From contig JAUWKS010000008.1 in NCBI GenBank assembly GCA_030614005.1, positions 1 through 32,000 on the forward strand: DNA of 32,000 bases, written 5' to 3'. Every line of letters begins with the position of its first letter. Position 1 is the stretch's first letter. Positions 17,216 through 26,613 of this stretch are shown here, one piece after another. The position numbers were made by a program, and so were the translations under genes. This stretch comes from Candidatus Heimdallarchaeota archaeon (GTDB lineage: Archaea; Asgardarchaeota; Heimdallarchaeia; JABLTI01). The notes beneath the pieces were generated by a model. That model made no database searches. It had not been told where the DNA came from and worked only from the letters and a program-made list of their open reading frames with translations.

Positions 17216-17351
17216 TACTGTAAAGAACAAGTATTCTTATAAAGAAATTCTCCATCCAAATATTATTTACCAATTTAGGTAAGTTAAAAAACAAATGAAG
17301 TATCTGTCAAATACTAAACTTTACCTATTACTTGTCAATTTGGGGATTTTA

Positions 17352-18134
17352 ATGACACCTAGGAAGAATGAGCAAAATAGCAATGAGAGTTTGAAAGAGA
17401 ATATTAGAAATCTAATTGGTAATAAAGATGAAATAAATTTAGAGTGGTTAAAAACAGTCACTCAAGCGTCAGCAGCTGAAATATCAAAGCTTATTATACA
17501 AGAATTTGGATTAGTAGTGTTAGATGGAATGATTTATTCTAAGGAAAAAGCTGAAAGAAAATTAAAGCAGATGCAAGAATCAGCTCAGACTGTTGTCGAC
17601 AGAGAATCTTTTCGCACAGGCCGTGTAAATATTGATATGATGCAATTACGTGAAAAACTGTGGACTGCTAGGTTTCCAGAAAAAGTTTTAGGACAAAATA
17701 GACATCAATTCTGCCCCATTTGGGCTTTTTTGGAAGGACAAAGTAGCAGTATTGTTCTTAGGTATGATTGGATATCTCGATTAGATAAAGCAGTTAAAGA
17801 TGGGCTCTATTCCAAAATTAAAAATTATGATTTAAAAGAACTCATTAATGAAATGGGTGAGAATTTTAAAGGAAAAGCTAGGGTTGTTTTCGCAAAAACT
17901 CATCCAAGAGACACTACATTATTTAAAAACAAGTCCATGTGGGTTCTCTTTTTAGTGGCGGAAGCTGAAGGAGGAATTAGACTAGAAGGATTAGATATGA
18001 TTAATATCCTCACTCTTTCCACCAAATTTAAATCTCGGGAAATTGCCTTTAAATGTCTAAATGAATATATCGAATTTATTAATTTCATTGTAAATGATCC
18101 TTCAATATTCGAAGAAATAATAATTGCAAAATAA
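17352..18134 (+). CDS. Hypothetical protein, possibly with an N-terminal winged-helix-like segment
   Basis: Long ORF (track 17295-18134) with no competing gene; ATG 17352 follows GGGG; no family recognised. Confidence 0.6.
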   Translation: MTPRKNEQNSNESLKENIRNLIGNKDEINLEWLKTVTQASAAEISKLIIQEFGLVVLDGMIYSKEKAERKLKQMQESAQTVVDRESFRTGRVNIDMMQLREKLWTARFPEKVLGQNRHQFCPIWAFLEGQSSSIVLRYDWISRLDKAVKDGLYSKIKNYDLKELINEMGENFKGKARVVFAKTHPRDTTLFKNKSMWVLFLVAEAEGGIRLEGLDMINILTLSTKFKSREIAFKCLNEYIEFINFIVNDPSIFEEIIIAK

Positions 18135-18173
18135 CTCTCTCTAATATATATTGGATGAAAAATAACAAATAGC

Positions 18174-18686
18174 TTATTCTTCTACAAAATTCTTTAGCAA
18201 TGTATTAAAAAACAAACGCAATTCAATTGGTGTGTGTTTTTTTTCGCGCATACAATAAATAGCAATGTTATTACAAAGATAACACTTACGCTTAGTTCCT
18301 CTCTCAATATGTTGATCAGAATGAGGACCCAATACATCAATATCTAATAATCGACCTATAATATAGCTTTCTTCAAACTTGATTGATAATTTTTTTATTT
18401 TTGCAGGATCTTCTTTTGCTAAGAAAAATGCTTCAGGTCCTAGAATGGTTTCATTTTGCTCTAAAAGAGAGAGCTCTTGGTGGTTATTTTTCATATAACT
18501 ACAAAAACCAAATCTACTTTTCTGAAATGCTTTTTTTATTTCAATAGAGTTCTTAGGCCAAGAAGGGATATTAAATTTGAAGCTAATAATGGTGGACTCA
18601 TATTCACGTTTGAGATTATGTTGCTTAATCCAACGAACCTCTTTAGCTTGAAGAATCTGTTTTTGAATAGCTTCAATTTCAGTCAA
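18174..18686 (-). CDS. citX: Citrate lyase holo-ACP synthase CitX
   Basis: ILQAKE.RW..Q, NIP..PKN, GPEAF, KKL.I.FEE....GRLLDIDV, RKCYLC...A..C.R...H; follows citF. Confidence 0.88.
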   Translation of the reverse strand: MTEIEAIQKQILQAKEVRWIKQHNLKREYESTIISFKFNIPSWPKNSIEIKKAFQKSRFGFCSYMKNNHQELSLLEQNETILGPEAFFLAKEDPAKIKKLSIKFEESYIIGRLLDIDVLGPHSDQHIERGTKRKCYLCNNIAIYCMREKKHTPIELRLFFNTLLKNFVEE

Positions 18687-18740
18687 AGAAATTACTCCTT
18701 ATAACACTAAACAAAACAAGTCTTTAGAAATTTATCTGAG

Positions 18741-18771
18741 AAAATAAAAGGAAAAAATCCTTCTGGATTTT
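18741..18771 (-). terminator. Hairpin plus T-tract downstream of citF
   Basis: AAAATCC-4nt-GGATTTT (18754-18771) followed by TTCCTTTTATTTT on the minus strand. Confidence 0.4.
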
Positions 18772-18779
18772 CTCTCTAT

Positions 18780-20330
18780 TCACTCTTTAATTTGACATAC
18801 AACATCAAGTATTGTTCCATCACGATGCTCTATAATTGCCACAATTCTCTCTTCAAAAGGAATAGGGTCTGGAGCTCCACCAACCAATTCGTATGCAATA
18901 TCGCGGAGTTCTTCGATTTTCATATAATTAATGCCCTTTAATTTCATTAACTTATTATAAAACTTGCATTCGGGATTGACTGCAACGCCATAATCAGTTA
19001 CCACAACATCAATATTCATACCTGGTGAAGTTACAGTAGTTACACGATCAATAATAACGGGATTGCGCCCTCGCAAGAGAGGCAAAGCAACAATCGTTAA
19101 TTTTGCTCCTTCTGAAGTGTCTTGATGACCACCAATACCATGTAATATTCTACCATCAGATTCAGTAACGACATTGACATTAAAGTTTATATCCACTTCA
19201 GTTGCACCTAAAACAACTGTATCAAGAACATTGACTGCTGCACCACTACTATGAATATTAGCGTACTGTGAAGCACCAATTCCAATGTGATTTGGGTTAT
19301 TTTTTAGTGACTGAATAGCCACTTTATCAAAAGCTTGGACATCTAATATACGAGTAAACAAACCAGATTCAAGCATTTCAACAAGAGCAGAAGTAGAACC
19401 GCCCATACCAAAAGAACCTTTGATGTCTAAATCCTTCATTCGCTCACTTAGGAACTTTGTTACTGCTAAAGTAATGCCTCCAGCACCACTTTGAAATGAG
19501 AACCGATCTTTTAACAAACCAGATCCTTCAATTACTTTAACACAGGTTTTAGCAATGCCTAATCGAATAGGGTCTCGAGTAATTCTTGTTGTTCCAGAAA
19601 CAATGCCATCAGGATTACCGATTGGTTCCTTTATCTTAACAACGTAATCAACATGATTTTGATTGATAAAGATATTATTACAAGGAAATGGTACAAGATT
19701 ATTAGTAACTGCTATTACCATGTCTGCAAATTGTGCATCTGGAACCATATAACCTAGAGGTCCACAAGCTTGTTTGCCATCTACTCCATTAAGATTACCA
19801 AATTCATCCGCGGTTGGTGCACCAATAAAGGCAACATCTATCCTACAATCTCCATCCTCAATTGAGCGAGCTCTTCCTCCATGAGATCGAACTGTAAGAA
19901 TGCCTTTCAGCTTTCCCCGAGAAATTGCATCTCCAACGGGACCTGTAACTCCACAACAGATGTTTGTAATTGTTCCATCTTCAACATATTTTACTAATGG
20001 AGCATGAACAGGGTGAATGGAAGAAGGTGCTAAAGTAATATTCTTTATTCCTTTTTCAGCAATTTTCTTAATTACTAAATTCATCAAATTGTCTCCACCT
20101 CTAAAATGATGGTGAAAACTGATAGTCATTCCGCTTTTTAATTCTGATTTTTCAATAGCTTCATCGATTGATTGCAAAAGCTTTGTTTCACCTGATAATC
20201 TTCTTCTTATTCTAGTAGCTGCTTTGTGAGTTGGCATTGTATATTGCCCTAAGCCCATAAAGGGTTGAAGTTTGCGACCATTGATTTTTTTAGGAATTTT
20301 TCTTCCAACAATATTCTCAGTGAATTCCAT
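18780..20330 (-). CDS. citF: Citrate lyase alpha subunit / citrate CoA-transferase
   Basis: GMTISFHHHFRGGD, RSHGGR, DVAFIGAPTAD.FGN, SFQSGAGG, GIGGHQD; 516 aa. Confidence 0.96.
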   Translation of the reverse strand: MEFTENIVGRKIPKKINGRKLQPFMGLGQYTMPTHKAATRIRRRLSGETKLLQSIDEAIEKSELKSGMTISFHHHFRGGDNLMNLVIKKIAEKGIKNITLAPSSIHPVHAPLVKYVEDGTITNICCGVTGPVGDAISRGKLKGILTVRSHGGRARSIEDGDCRIDVAFIGAPTADEFGNLNGVDGKQACGPLGYMVPDAQFADMVIAVTNNLVPFPCNNIFINQNHVDYVVKIKEPIGNPDGIVSGTTRITRDPIRLGIAKTCVKVIEGSGLLKDRFSFQSGAGGITLAVTKFLSERMKDLDIKGSFGMGGSTSALVEMLESGLFTRILDVQAFDKVAIQSLKNNPNHIGIGASQYANIHSSGAAVNVLDTVVLGATEVDINFNVNVVTESDGRILHGIGGHQDTSEGAKLTIVALPLLRGRNPVIIDRVTTVTSPGMNIDVVVTDYGVAVNPECKFYNKLMKLKGINYMKIEELRDIAYELVGGAPDPIPFEERIVAIIEHRDGTILDVVCQIKE

Positions 20331-20347
20331 TCTAAATACCCTCTAAG

Positions 20348-21265
20348 TTATTTTCTTCTTCCTGCTTCTGCGCGTTTCAGAATCCTTTCAGATCTCTTCA
20401 CAACTGGAACATCGATCATTTTATTGTCAACACAAATAACACCTACTCCTTGTTCTTGAGCAATTTTATAGGCACCAATAATTCGCTCTGCTCTTTCTAT
20501 TTGTGCTTCAGTTGGCATAAATGATTTATGAATTAGTTCAATTTGACTTGGATGAATACACGCTTTTCCATCGTATCCTAAACGAATTATTTTCTTTGTT
20601 TGAAGTAATAAACCAACATTATCTCTAACGTTCGTGTATACAGTATCGTAAACTTGAACACCAGCTCCTCGTGCTGCTAGGAGCAGTTTTGAACGGATGT
20701 ACAACAATTCTTCCCCCTCAATTGTTCGTTCTGCACCTAAATCTGCAGTTAAATCTTCACCACCGGGACTTATTCCAACGATTCTATCACTAGCTAAAGC
20801 AATTTGTTCTGCTTGCAATACTCCCAAAGCAGATTCTATTATGGGTGCCAGTTTAATAGTACCAATTGGCATTCCATTTCTTTCTTCGAAAGCAGCTATT
20901 TTATCACATATTTGTAGTATTTGTTTATGTGTTTCTGCTTTAGGTAAAACTATTGCATAAGGTTTCGTAGGGATAATTTCTTTCAAATCATCTTCAAAAA
21001 ATTCTGTCCCTAAGGGGTTGATTCTTACAGTTACTTCTGTTTCACCAAAATTCAGCGATTTAAGCGCATTACGAACTAATATTCTTGCTGAATCTTTCTG
21101 ATTTATTGCTACACCGTCTTCCAAATCGAATATTACTTGATCTGCTCCAAAGAGAGGTGCATTACGAATCATAGCAGGGTTATTGCCAGGAATGTATAGA
21201 CGTGTTCTTCGTATTTTAGTAACATCTTCAATAGTGCGTTTTACAATTTTAACATCCTTTGACAT
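20348..21265 (-). CDS. citE: Citrate lyase beta subunit (citryl-ACP lyase)
   Basis: RRTRLYIPGNNP, FDLEDGV, VRIN, IES, GGEDL, GKACIHPSQI; lies between citD and citF. Confidence 0.95.
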   Translation of the reverse strand: MSKDVKIVKRTIEDVTKIRRTRLYIPGNNPAMIRNAPLFGADQVIFDLEDGVAINQKDSARILVRNALKSLNFGETEVTVRINPLGTEFFEDDLKEIIPTKPYAIVLPKAETHKQILQICDKIAAFEERNGMPIGTIKLAPIIESALGVLQAEQIALASDRIVGISPGGEDLTADLGAERTIEGEELLYIRSKLLLAARGAGVQVYDTVYTNVRDNVGLLLQTKKIIRLGYDGKACIHPSQIELIHKSFMPTEAQIERAERIIGAYKIAQEQGVGVICVDNKMIDVPVVKRSERILKRAEAGRRK

Positions 21266-21267
21266 TC

Positions 21268-21546
21268 CTACGACTCCTTTTTAATAGCTCGTTTTATTGC
21301 TGTCTCTGTTCGAGCTTTAATTGTGAACCCTAATGCCCCTTTGTCAATTGCTTGAACTTTAACATCCTCTATTTCGAAATCCTTTATTACAAATTCAATT
21401 TCTTCGTGGATTTTCCTGCCGTATTGTACTAAAGAAGGTGAATCTAAATTTATAATAATGCCAGTACCAGCTTTCCCTTTTTTTACTGTAACCAAAATAT
21501 CTTGTGATTCAAGGGAACCTGCTTGTGCAGATCGTAGAATTTTCAT
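21268..21546 (-). CDS. citD: Citrate lyase acyl carrier protein (gamma subunit)
   Basis: MKILRSAQAGSLESQD with the conserved prosthetic-group Ser, DKGALGFTIKAR; ATG 21546 has GGAG upstream, so the track start of 21621 is too long. Confidence 0.93.
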   Translation of the reverse strand: MKILRSAQAGSLESQDILVTVKKGKAGTGIIINLDSPSLVQYGRKIHEEIEFVIKDFEIEDVKVQAIDKGALGFTIKARTETAIKRAIKKES

Positions 21547-21631
21547 AATGATTTTCTCCAAATGATTATTGAGCAAATTATTTTTTATTCTTGAAAGAGC
21601 TAAAGTTAAGTGGTTAACCACCTAACACTCT

Positions 21632-23719
21632 TCAATTGTTTACTTGTTGATTTCTTACCTTTGCTTTAACTAAAGGTAGTGCTCCACCTTGTTTGAGCAT
21701 TTCAATTTCTTTGAATGAAAGGTTTACGTTTGTTGCAAAAATGAATCCTTTCGTTGTATTTTCAACTTCAATTTCAGAGATACCCTCTTTCAATTGAACT
21801 AAATTCTTTATTGTTAAAACGTCGCTTTGGTCTATTTTGTCATAGATGTTTTCATCTGAAAATTCTAATGGAAGCATACCCCACTGAATTAAATTATCAC
21901 GGTGTATTCGTGCAATGCTTTTAGCAATCACTGCACCAAGACCAAGCCACATAGGTGCAATTGCAGCATGTTCACGACTTGAACCTTGACCGTAATTGCT
22001 CCCACCAACAATAATGAATACTCTTCGTTTGTGTTGCGGATTTAAATCTAGGGCGCGTTTTACGAAAGTATTGTCAACAGGATTGAAAACAAATTGGGCA
22101 ATTGCCGGAATATTTGACCTCAAAGGAAGTACTTGCGCTCCTGCCATCATAATATCATCAGTGGTGATGTCATCACCAGTTTTAAGCAATACTGAACCGG
22201 TTATTTGATCTGCTAAAGGATCATTTATTGGACAATCAATAATATTAGGCCCTTTTACAATTGCAACAGCAGCTCTTTCTTTAGCGTCTTTTGAAGGATA
22301 AATGAACATATTCTTTGAAGTTATGAATTGCTCTGGTTCGCTGAATATCTCTGGTTTAATGTCTTTCTCTTGTAAAGGATCAACAAATTTTCCTTTAATA
22401 GCAATTAATGCCGCTGAGGTAGCACTCATAAGATATGTGCCAGCTGATTTTTCTCCAGATCGTCCAAAGAAGTTTCTGTTGAATGTTCGACAAGAAATAC
22501 TATTTGTATTAGGTGTTTGACCCATACCTATACATGGTCCACAAGTACACTCTAGCATTCTTGCACCAGTTTCAAGTATATCCGCAAGTAATCCCTCTCG
22601 AGCAATTTGAGTTACAACATTCTTAGATCCTGGGGATACTGTTAAGCTGATGTGTTGAGCTACAACTTGTCCTTTCATAACAGATGCAGCAGTAGCTAAA
22701 GCTAAATAAGAAGCATTTGTACAAGAGCCTATACAAACTTGATCTACTTGTAACTCTCGAGAGTATAAACGCTCAACGTGCTCTTTGATATCCGCATGAA
22801 CTTTTTCTGGCATATTTTTCACAATTGATTCAATAGGAGTACGTTCGACAAGCTCACGAATGGAAACAACGGAACCAGGACTATGAGGCAATGCAACATT
22901 AGGCTCAAGTTTTGACAAATCTATTTCTATGATTTCATCGTATACAGCATCTTTATCTGCTTCTAGTGGTGAATAATCATTTTCTCTTCCTTGTGCTTTA
23001 AGAAAGTGTTGAGTTAATTCATCGCTTGGAAAAATAGATGTAGTTGCTCCTAATTCTGCACCCATGTTAGTAATTGTTGCTCGTTCTGGAGCAGTTAAAT
23101 CTTTAACACCAGGACCAGAATACTCGAATATTGCCTTTCTACCACCTCGAACTCCTTTCATTTTTAGAAGCTCAAGAATAACATCCATTGCAGTAACCCA
23201 TGGTTTTCGCAATTTGCCTTTGAGATGAACCTTTATTACCATTGGATATTTGAGTTCAAAGGGTTCTCCAGCCATTGTTGTAGCAATAACTAGTCCACCA
23301 ACGCCGATAGCCATTGAACCTACTCCTCCAGCAGTTGGGGTATGTGAGTCAGAACCTAATAGAATTTTCCCTGGTGCAGCAAAATTTTCAAGATGAACTT
23401 GATGTATGATACCATTTCCGGGACGAGATAAAATAGCACCTTTCTTTGCTGCTATTGCTCGCAAAAATTGATGATCATCTGCATTTCTAAAGTCAGTTTG
23501 TAAAGTATTATGATCAATATAAGATACTGCAAGAGGCACTTTAATATCTGGAATGCCAATGGCTTCAAATTCTAGCCAAGCCATAGTTCCAGTAGCATCT
23601 TGAGTGATACACTGATCAACTTTAACAAATACTGGGTCACCTGGTTTATATTCTTCAACTTTCTTTTCAGAGATATCATGAGCTTCCAGTATTTTTTGGA
23701 CAATATTCTTACCAGTCAT
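21632..23719 (-). CDS. acnA: Aconitate hydratase (compact Aquifex-type)
   Basis: QDATGTMA, DHN, GSDSHT, GAELGAT, IGSCTN, CGPCIGMG, NRNF.GR, NYGQGSSREHA; adjacent to icd. The symbol is approximate. Confidence 0.9.
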   Translation of the reverse strand: MTGKNIVQKILEAHDISEKKVEEYKPGDPVFVKVDQCITQDATGTMAWLEFEAIGIPDIKVPLAVSYIDHNTLQTDFRNADDHQFLRAIAAKKGAILSRPGNGIIHQVHLENFAAPGKILLGSDSHTPTAGGVGSMAIGVGGLVIATTMAGEPFELKYPMVIKVHLKGKLRKPWVTAMDVILELLKMKGVRGGRKAIFEYSGPGVKDLTAPERATITNMGAELGATTSIFPSDELTQHFLKAQGRENDYSPLEADKDAVYDEIIEIDLSKLEPNVALPHSPGSVVSIRELVERTPIESIVKNMPEKVHADIKEHVERLYSRELQVDQVCIGSCTNASYLALATAASVMKGQVVAQHISLTVSPGSKNVVTQIAREGLLADILETGARMLECTCGPCIGMGQTPNTNSISCRTFNRNFFGRSGEKSAGTYLMSATSAALIAIKGKFVDPLQEKDIKPEIFSEPEQFITSKNMFIYPSKDAKERAAVAIVKGPNIIDCPINDPLADQITGSVLLKTGDDITTDDIMMAGAQVLPLRSNIPAIAQFVFNPVDNTFVKRALDLNPQHKRRVFIIVGGSNYGQGSSREHAAIAPMWLGLGAVIAKSIARIHRDNLIQWGMLPLEFSDENIYDKIDQSDVLTIKNLVQLKEGISEIEVENTTKGFIFATNVNLSFKEIEMLKQGGALPLVKAKVRNQQVNN

Positions 23720-23747
23720 TATATTGTCAACCTTCAGAGTAATTATT

Positions 23748-25049
23748 TCATAGATTAGCTATAATTGCATCAGCAAATTCTGAAGTGCCAATTGGTTCAA
23801 CATCAGCTAATTGTCTAGCAATATCGTAAGTAACCTTCTTTTGAGCGATTGCTTTTTCTACACCAGCTTTGATTGTTTCTGCTGCTTCAGTCCAACTCAT
23901 GTAATCAAGCATCATAATTGCTGAATAAATTACTGAACCAGGATTTACTTTGTTTAAACCAGCATGCTTTGGTGCTGTACCATGTGTAGCTTCAAAAACA
24001 GCTGCTTTATCACCTACATTTGCTCCTGGTGCAAATCCTAAGCCACCTACTTGTGCTGCAAGCGCATCAGAAATATAATCACCATTTAAATTAGGTAAGG
24101 CAAGAACACCATATTCTGCTGGGCGGAGAAGTATTTGTTGGAACATTGAATCAGCGATTCTGTCATTAATCATAACTTTTCCTTCGGGTATTTTACCATC
24201 ATATTTATCGTAGACTTCTTTTTCGGTTATGACTGAATCAGCGAATTCTTGTGCAGCTAATTTATAGCCCCAATCTTTGAATTTACCTTCTGTAAATTTC
24301 ATAATATTACCTTTATGAACTAAAGTAACTTTATCATATCCTTTCTCGAAAGCAAAATTGATTGCCATACGAACTAATCTTGAAGTATTAGCCCAAGACA
24401 TTGGCTTAATACCAATACCTGATTCCATCGTAATATTCTTTCCAAGTTCATCATTAAGGAAAGTTATTAACTTCTTTGCATCAGCAGATTCAGGTTCAAA
24501 TTCAATCCCAGAATAAACATCTTCGATATTTTCTCTGAAAATAACCATATTAACATTTTCAGGATGCTTTACTGGAGCAGGTACACCTTTGATGTGCTTT
24601 GCTGGTCGTATACAAGAATAAAGATCTAATTTTTGCCTAATTGCAACATTCAGACTTCTAAATCCACCACCTATTGGTGTTGTCAATGGTCCTTTTATAG
24701 CAACGATATGATCCATAATAGCCTTTAGTGTGTCTTTTGGTAAGTAAAGATCTCTCAAAACTGCTGGATCGAGCTCACTTAATTGTTCATCTGTATATTC
24801 TGCAGCATAGATTTTTCGTGCTTTTTCACCGGCAAATATTTCAAACCAAACGATTTCCTTTTTGCCATCATATACTTTTTTAATTGCTGCATCAACTACT
24901 TTTCTCATTGCATCCATAATTTCTGGACCTATTCCATCACCTGCAATAAATGGAATAATAGGTTTATCAGGAACAACGAGTTTCTGATTATAATCCTTTG
25001 TTATTTTTTCTCCAGTTGTTGGAGGAGTTATTTTTTCATAGCTGCTCAT
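23748..25049 (-). CDS. icd: Isocitrate dehydrogenase, dimeric prokaryotic type, probably NADP-dependent
   Basis: [70 protein letters not shown]. Confidence 0.96.
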   Translation of the reverse strand: MSSYEKITPPTTGEKITKDYNQKLVVPDKPIIPFIAGDGIGPEIMDAMRKVVDAAIKKVYDGKKEIVWFEIFAGEKARKIYAAEYTDEQLSELDPAVLRDLYLPKDTLKAIMDHIVAIKGPLTTPIGGGFRSLNVAIRQKLDLYSCIRPAKHIKGVPAPVKHPENVNMVIFRENIEDVYSGIEFEPESADAKKLITFLNDELGKNITMESGIGIKPMSWANTSRLVRMAINFAFEKGYDKVTLVHKGNIMKFTEGKFKDWGYKLAAQEFADSVITEKEVYDKYDGKIPEGKVMINDRIADSMFQQILLRPAEYGVLALPNLNGDYISDALAAQVGGLGFAPGANVGDKAAVFEATHGTAPKHAGLNKVNPGSVIYSAIMMLDYMSWTEAAETIKAGVEKAIAQKKVTYDIARQLADVEPIGTSEFADAIIANL

Positions 25050-25332
25050 AAGATTCCCTCGTACAGAAAACTTAATTTATTGAATACAATAGTGCCAAGC
25101 TATATGTATCCGAATGACCCTTTCAAAACGTGTTGCCTTTAAAATTATCCATTGATATTCATTAAAGAATATTTGAAGTCATATACTTAGATAAATATTT
25201 AATTAAATAAATTATTGTTAAATGAATATCTATCTGTTTTTTATGTGAAATAATCTTTCTTTAACAATAGAAGTCTCGAAGAGGTTTTTCCATCATATTT
25301 AGTTGTAATTTGACATTCCCTTCTTGTTAAAT

Positions 25333-25360
25333 AAAAAGGAAAGTGTAGAGAAATCTACAC
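25333..25360 (-). terminator. Hairpin plus T-tract downstream of degV
   Basis: GTGTAGA-4nt-TCTACAC (25343-25360) followed by TTTCCTTTTTAT on the minus strand, 16 nt past the stop codon. Confidence 0.55.
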
Positions 25361-25376
25361 AATTTTACTCTTATTA

Positions 25377-26276
25377 TTATTTAGTTTTTAGAAGCCATTC
25401 AGGATCAAAATCACCAATATAACCAAAAGCAAGCAATTTCTTCCCTGTGTAGAAAGCATTTATTACTCCTGTTTCTTGGATGAAGATCTCTTTATTATCT
25501 GGATTGTGCTTCTCCATATGGGCTTTAATCTCTTCAGCGGCTTCAGGCCATCTTGAGTGTGCAATGTAAAGTGTTTTATTATCCTTCACCATACTTACCA
25601 ATGCTTTTTCACCAAACTTCTTCATTTGTCCGATAATTAATTCATCATCAGCTTTTATGTTGCCATGAACATGAATTTCTTCGTCAATGAAAGAAACCAC
25701 TGGTTTAAACTTCAAGATGTCTGCAAAGAATTTCTTGGTCTTAGATAATCTGCCTGTTCGTACAAGATTCTCTAATTTATTTATGATACCTGCGTACTTT
25801 GTTTTCTTTGTCCATTCTTCAACTTTTGCAGTCACTTCTTCCATTGAAGCTCCTTGAGCTGCAAGTCTAGCTGCTTCTAATACGACTATTCCAACACCAA
25901 CACTATTTGCTGGAGCATAAAACGTCTTGATATCTTTATCCGCCAAGTACTGTTTTACAACCGTTGTTGCAGTATTATAGACACCTGAAAGTTTGTGTGT
26001 AATGAAGATACCAATTGCAGAGTCAGCAATTTCCAATGCTTTTTCGAATGTCTGCATGAATACCCCTGGTCCAGGAATTCCTGAAGTGGGGACTTCTTTT
26101 TCAGTCACCTTGTAGAATTCATCCCAGGTCAAGCCTTTTTCTATTCCTAAAGATTTGTAAGATTTCTCTTCAAAATTCAATAATATTGGAACAATTGTGA
26201 TATTATATTTTTCTTCAAATTCTGGTGGAATATCACTAGAAGCGTCTGTTACTATTGCTACTTTTTGTTTTGCCAT
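25377..26276 (-). CDS. degV: DegV family fatty-acid-binding protein
   Basis: IVTDASSDIP, PTSG.PGPG, I..KLSG.YN.A, LENLVRTGRLS, LKFKPVV. Confidence 0.92.
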   Translation of the reverse strand: MAKQKVAIVTDASSDIPPEFEEKYNITIVPILLNFEEKSYKSLGIEKGLTWDEFYKVTEKEVPTSGIPGPGVFMQTFEKALEIADSAIGIFITHKLSGVYNTATTVVKQYLADKDIKTFYAPANSVGVGIVVLEAARLAAQGASMEEVTAKVEEWTKKTKYAGIINKLENLVRTGRLSKTKKFFADILKFKPVVSFIDEEIHVHGNIKADDELIIGQMKKFGEKALVSMVKDNKTLYIAHSRWPEAAEEIKAHMEKHNPDNKEIFIQETGVINAFYTGKKLLAFGYIGDFDPEWLLKTK

Positions 26277-26418
26277 TTCTTACACTTTCCTATTTATTTT
26301 TGAATTGACTTTATAATTAGAATTGATATTACAATGATTCTTGCATTTTTAATTTTTTTGTCCGAACTTTAACAGATAAATTTCTTGAAATTATATACTA
26401 ATTGTTTAGTAATTATCT

Positions 26419-26564
26419 ATGTCAACCCAGTGAATATTCAAAAGCTAATTCTTGATCCTAAAGAGAATTTATGGTAAAAGGGGTAGCAAATTATCAACAA
26501 AGAAAAGTGTACTTTGATAGCCTTCAAACTTAACATTACTTCTTGGCCTAAAAATACCACTTGA
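26419..26564 (+). pseudogene. citX: Decayed 5' fragment of a second citX
   Basis: Frame 26436-26555 reads IQKLILDPKENLW*KG*QIINKEKCTLIAFKLNITSWPKN, 20/40 identical without gaps to CitX residues 7-46 of this window; two internal stops, and a 1-nt deficit after ATG 26419. Confidence 0.85.
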
Positions 26565-26613
26565 ACTCATATGATTTTCTTTATTTTATTTGATATCAAG
26601 CTAGTTTTGAAAA

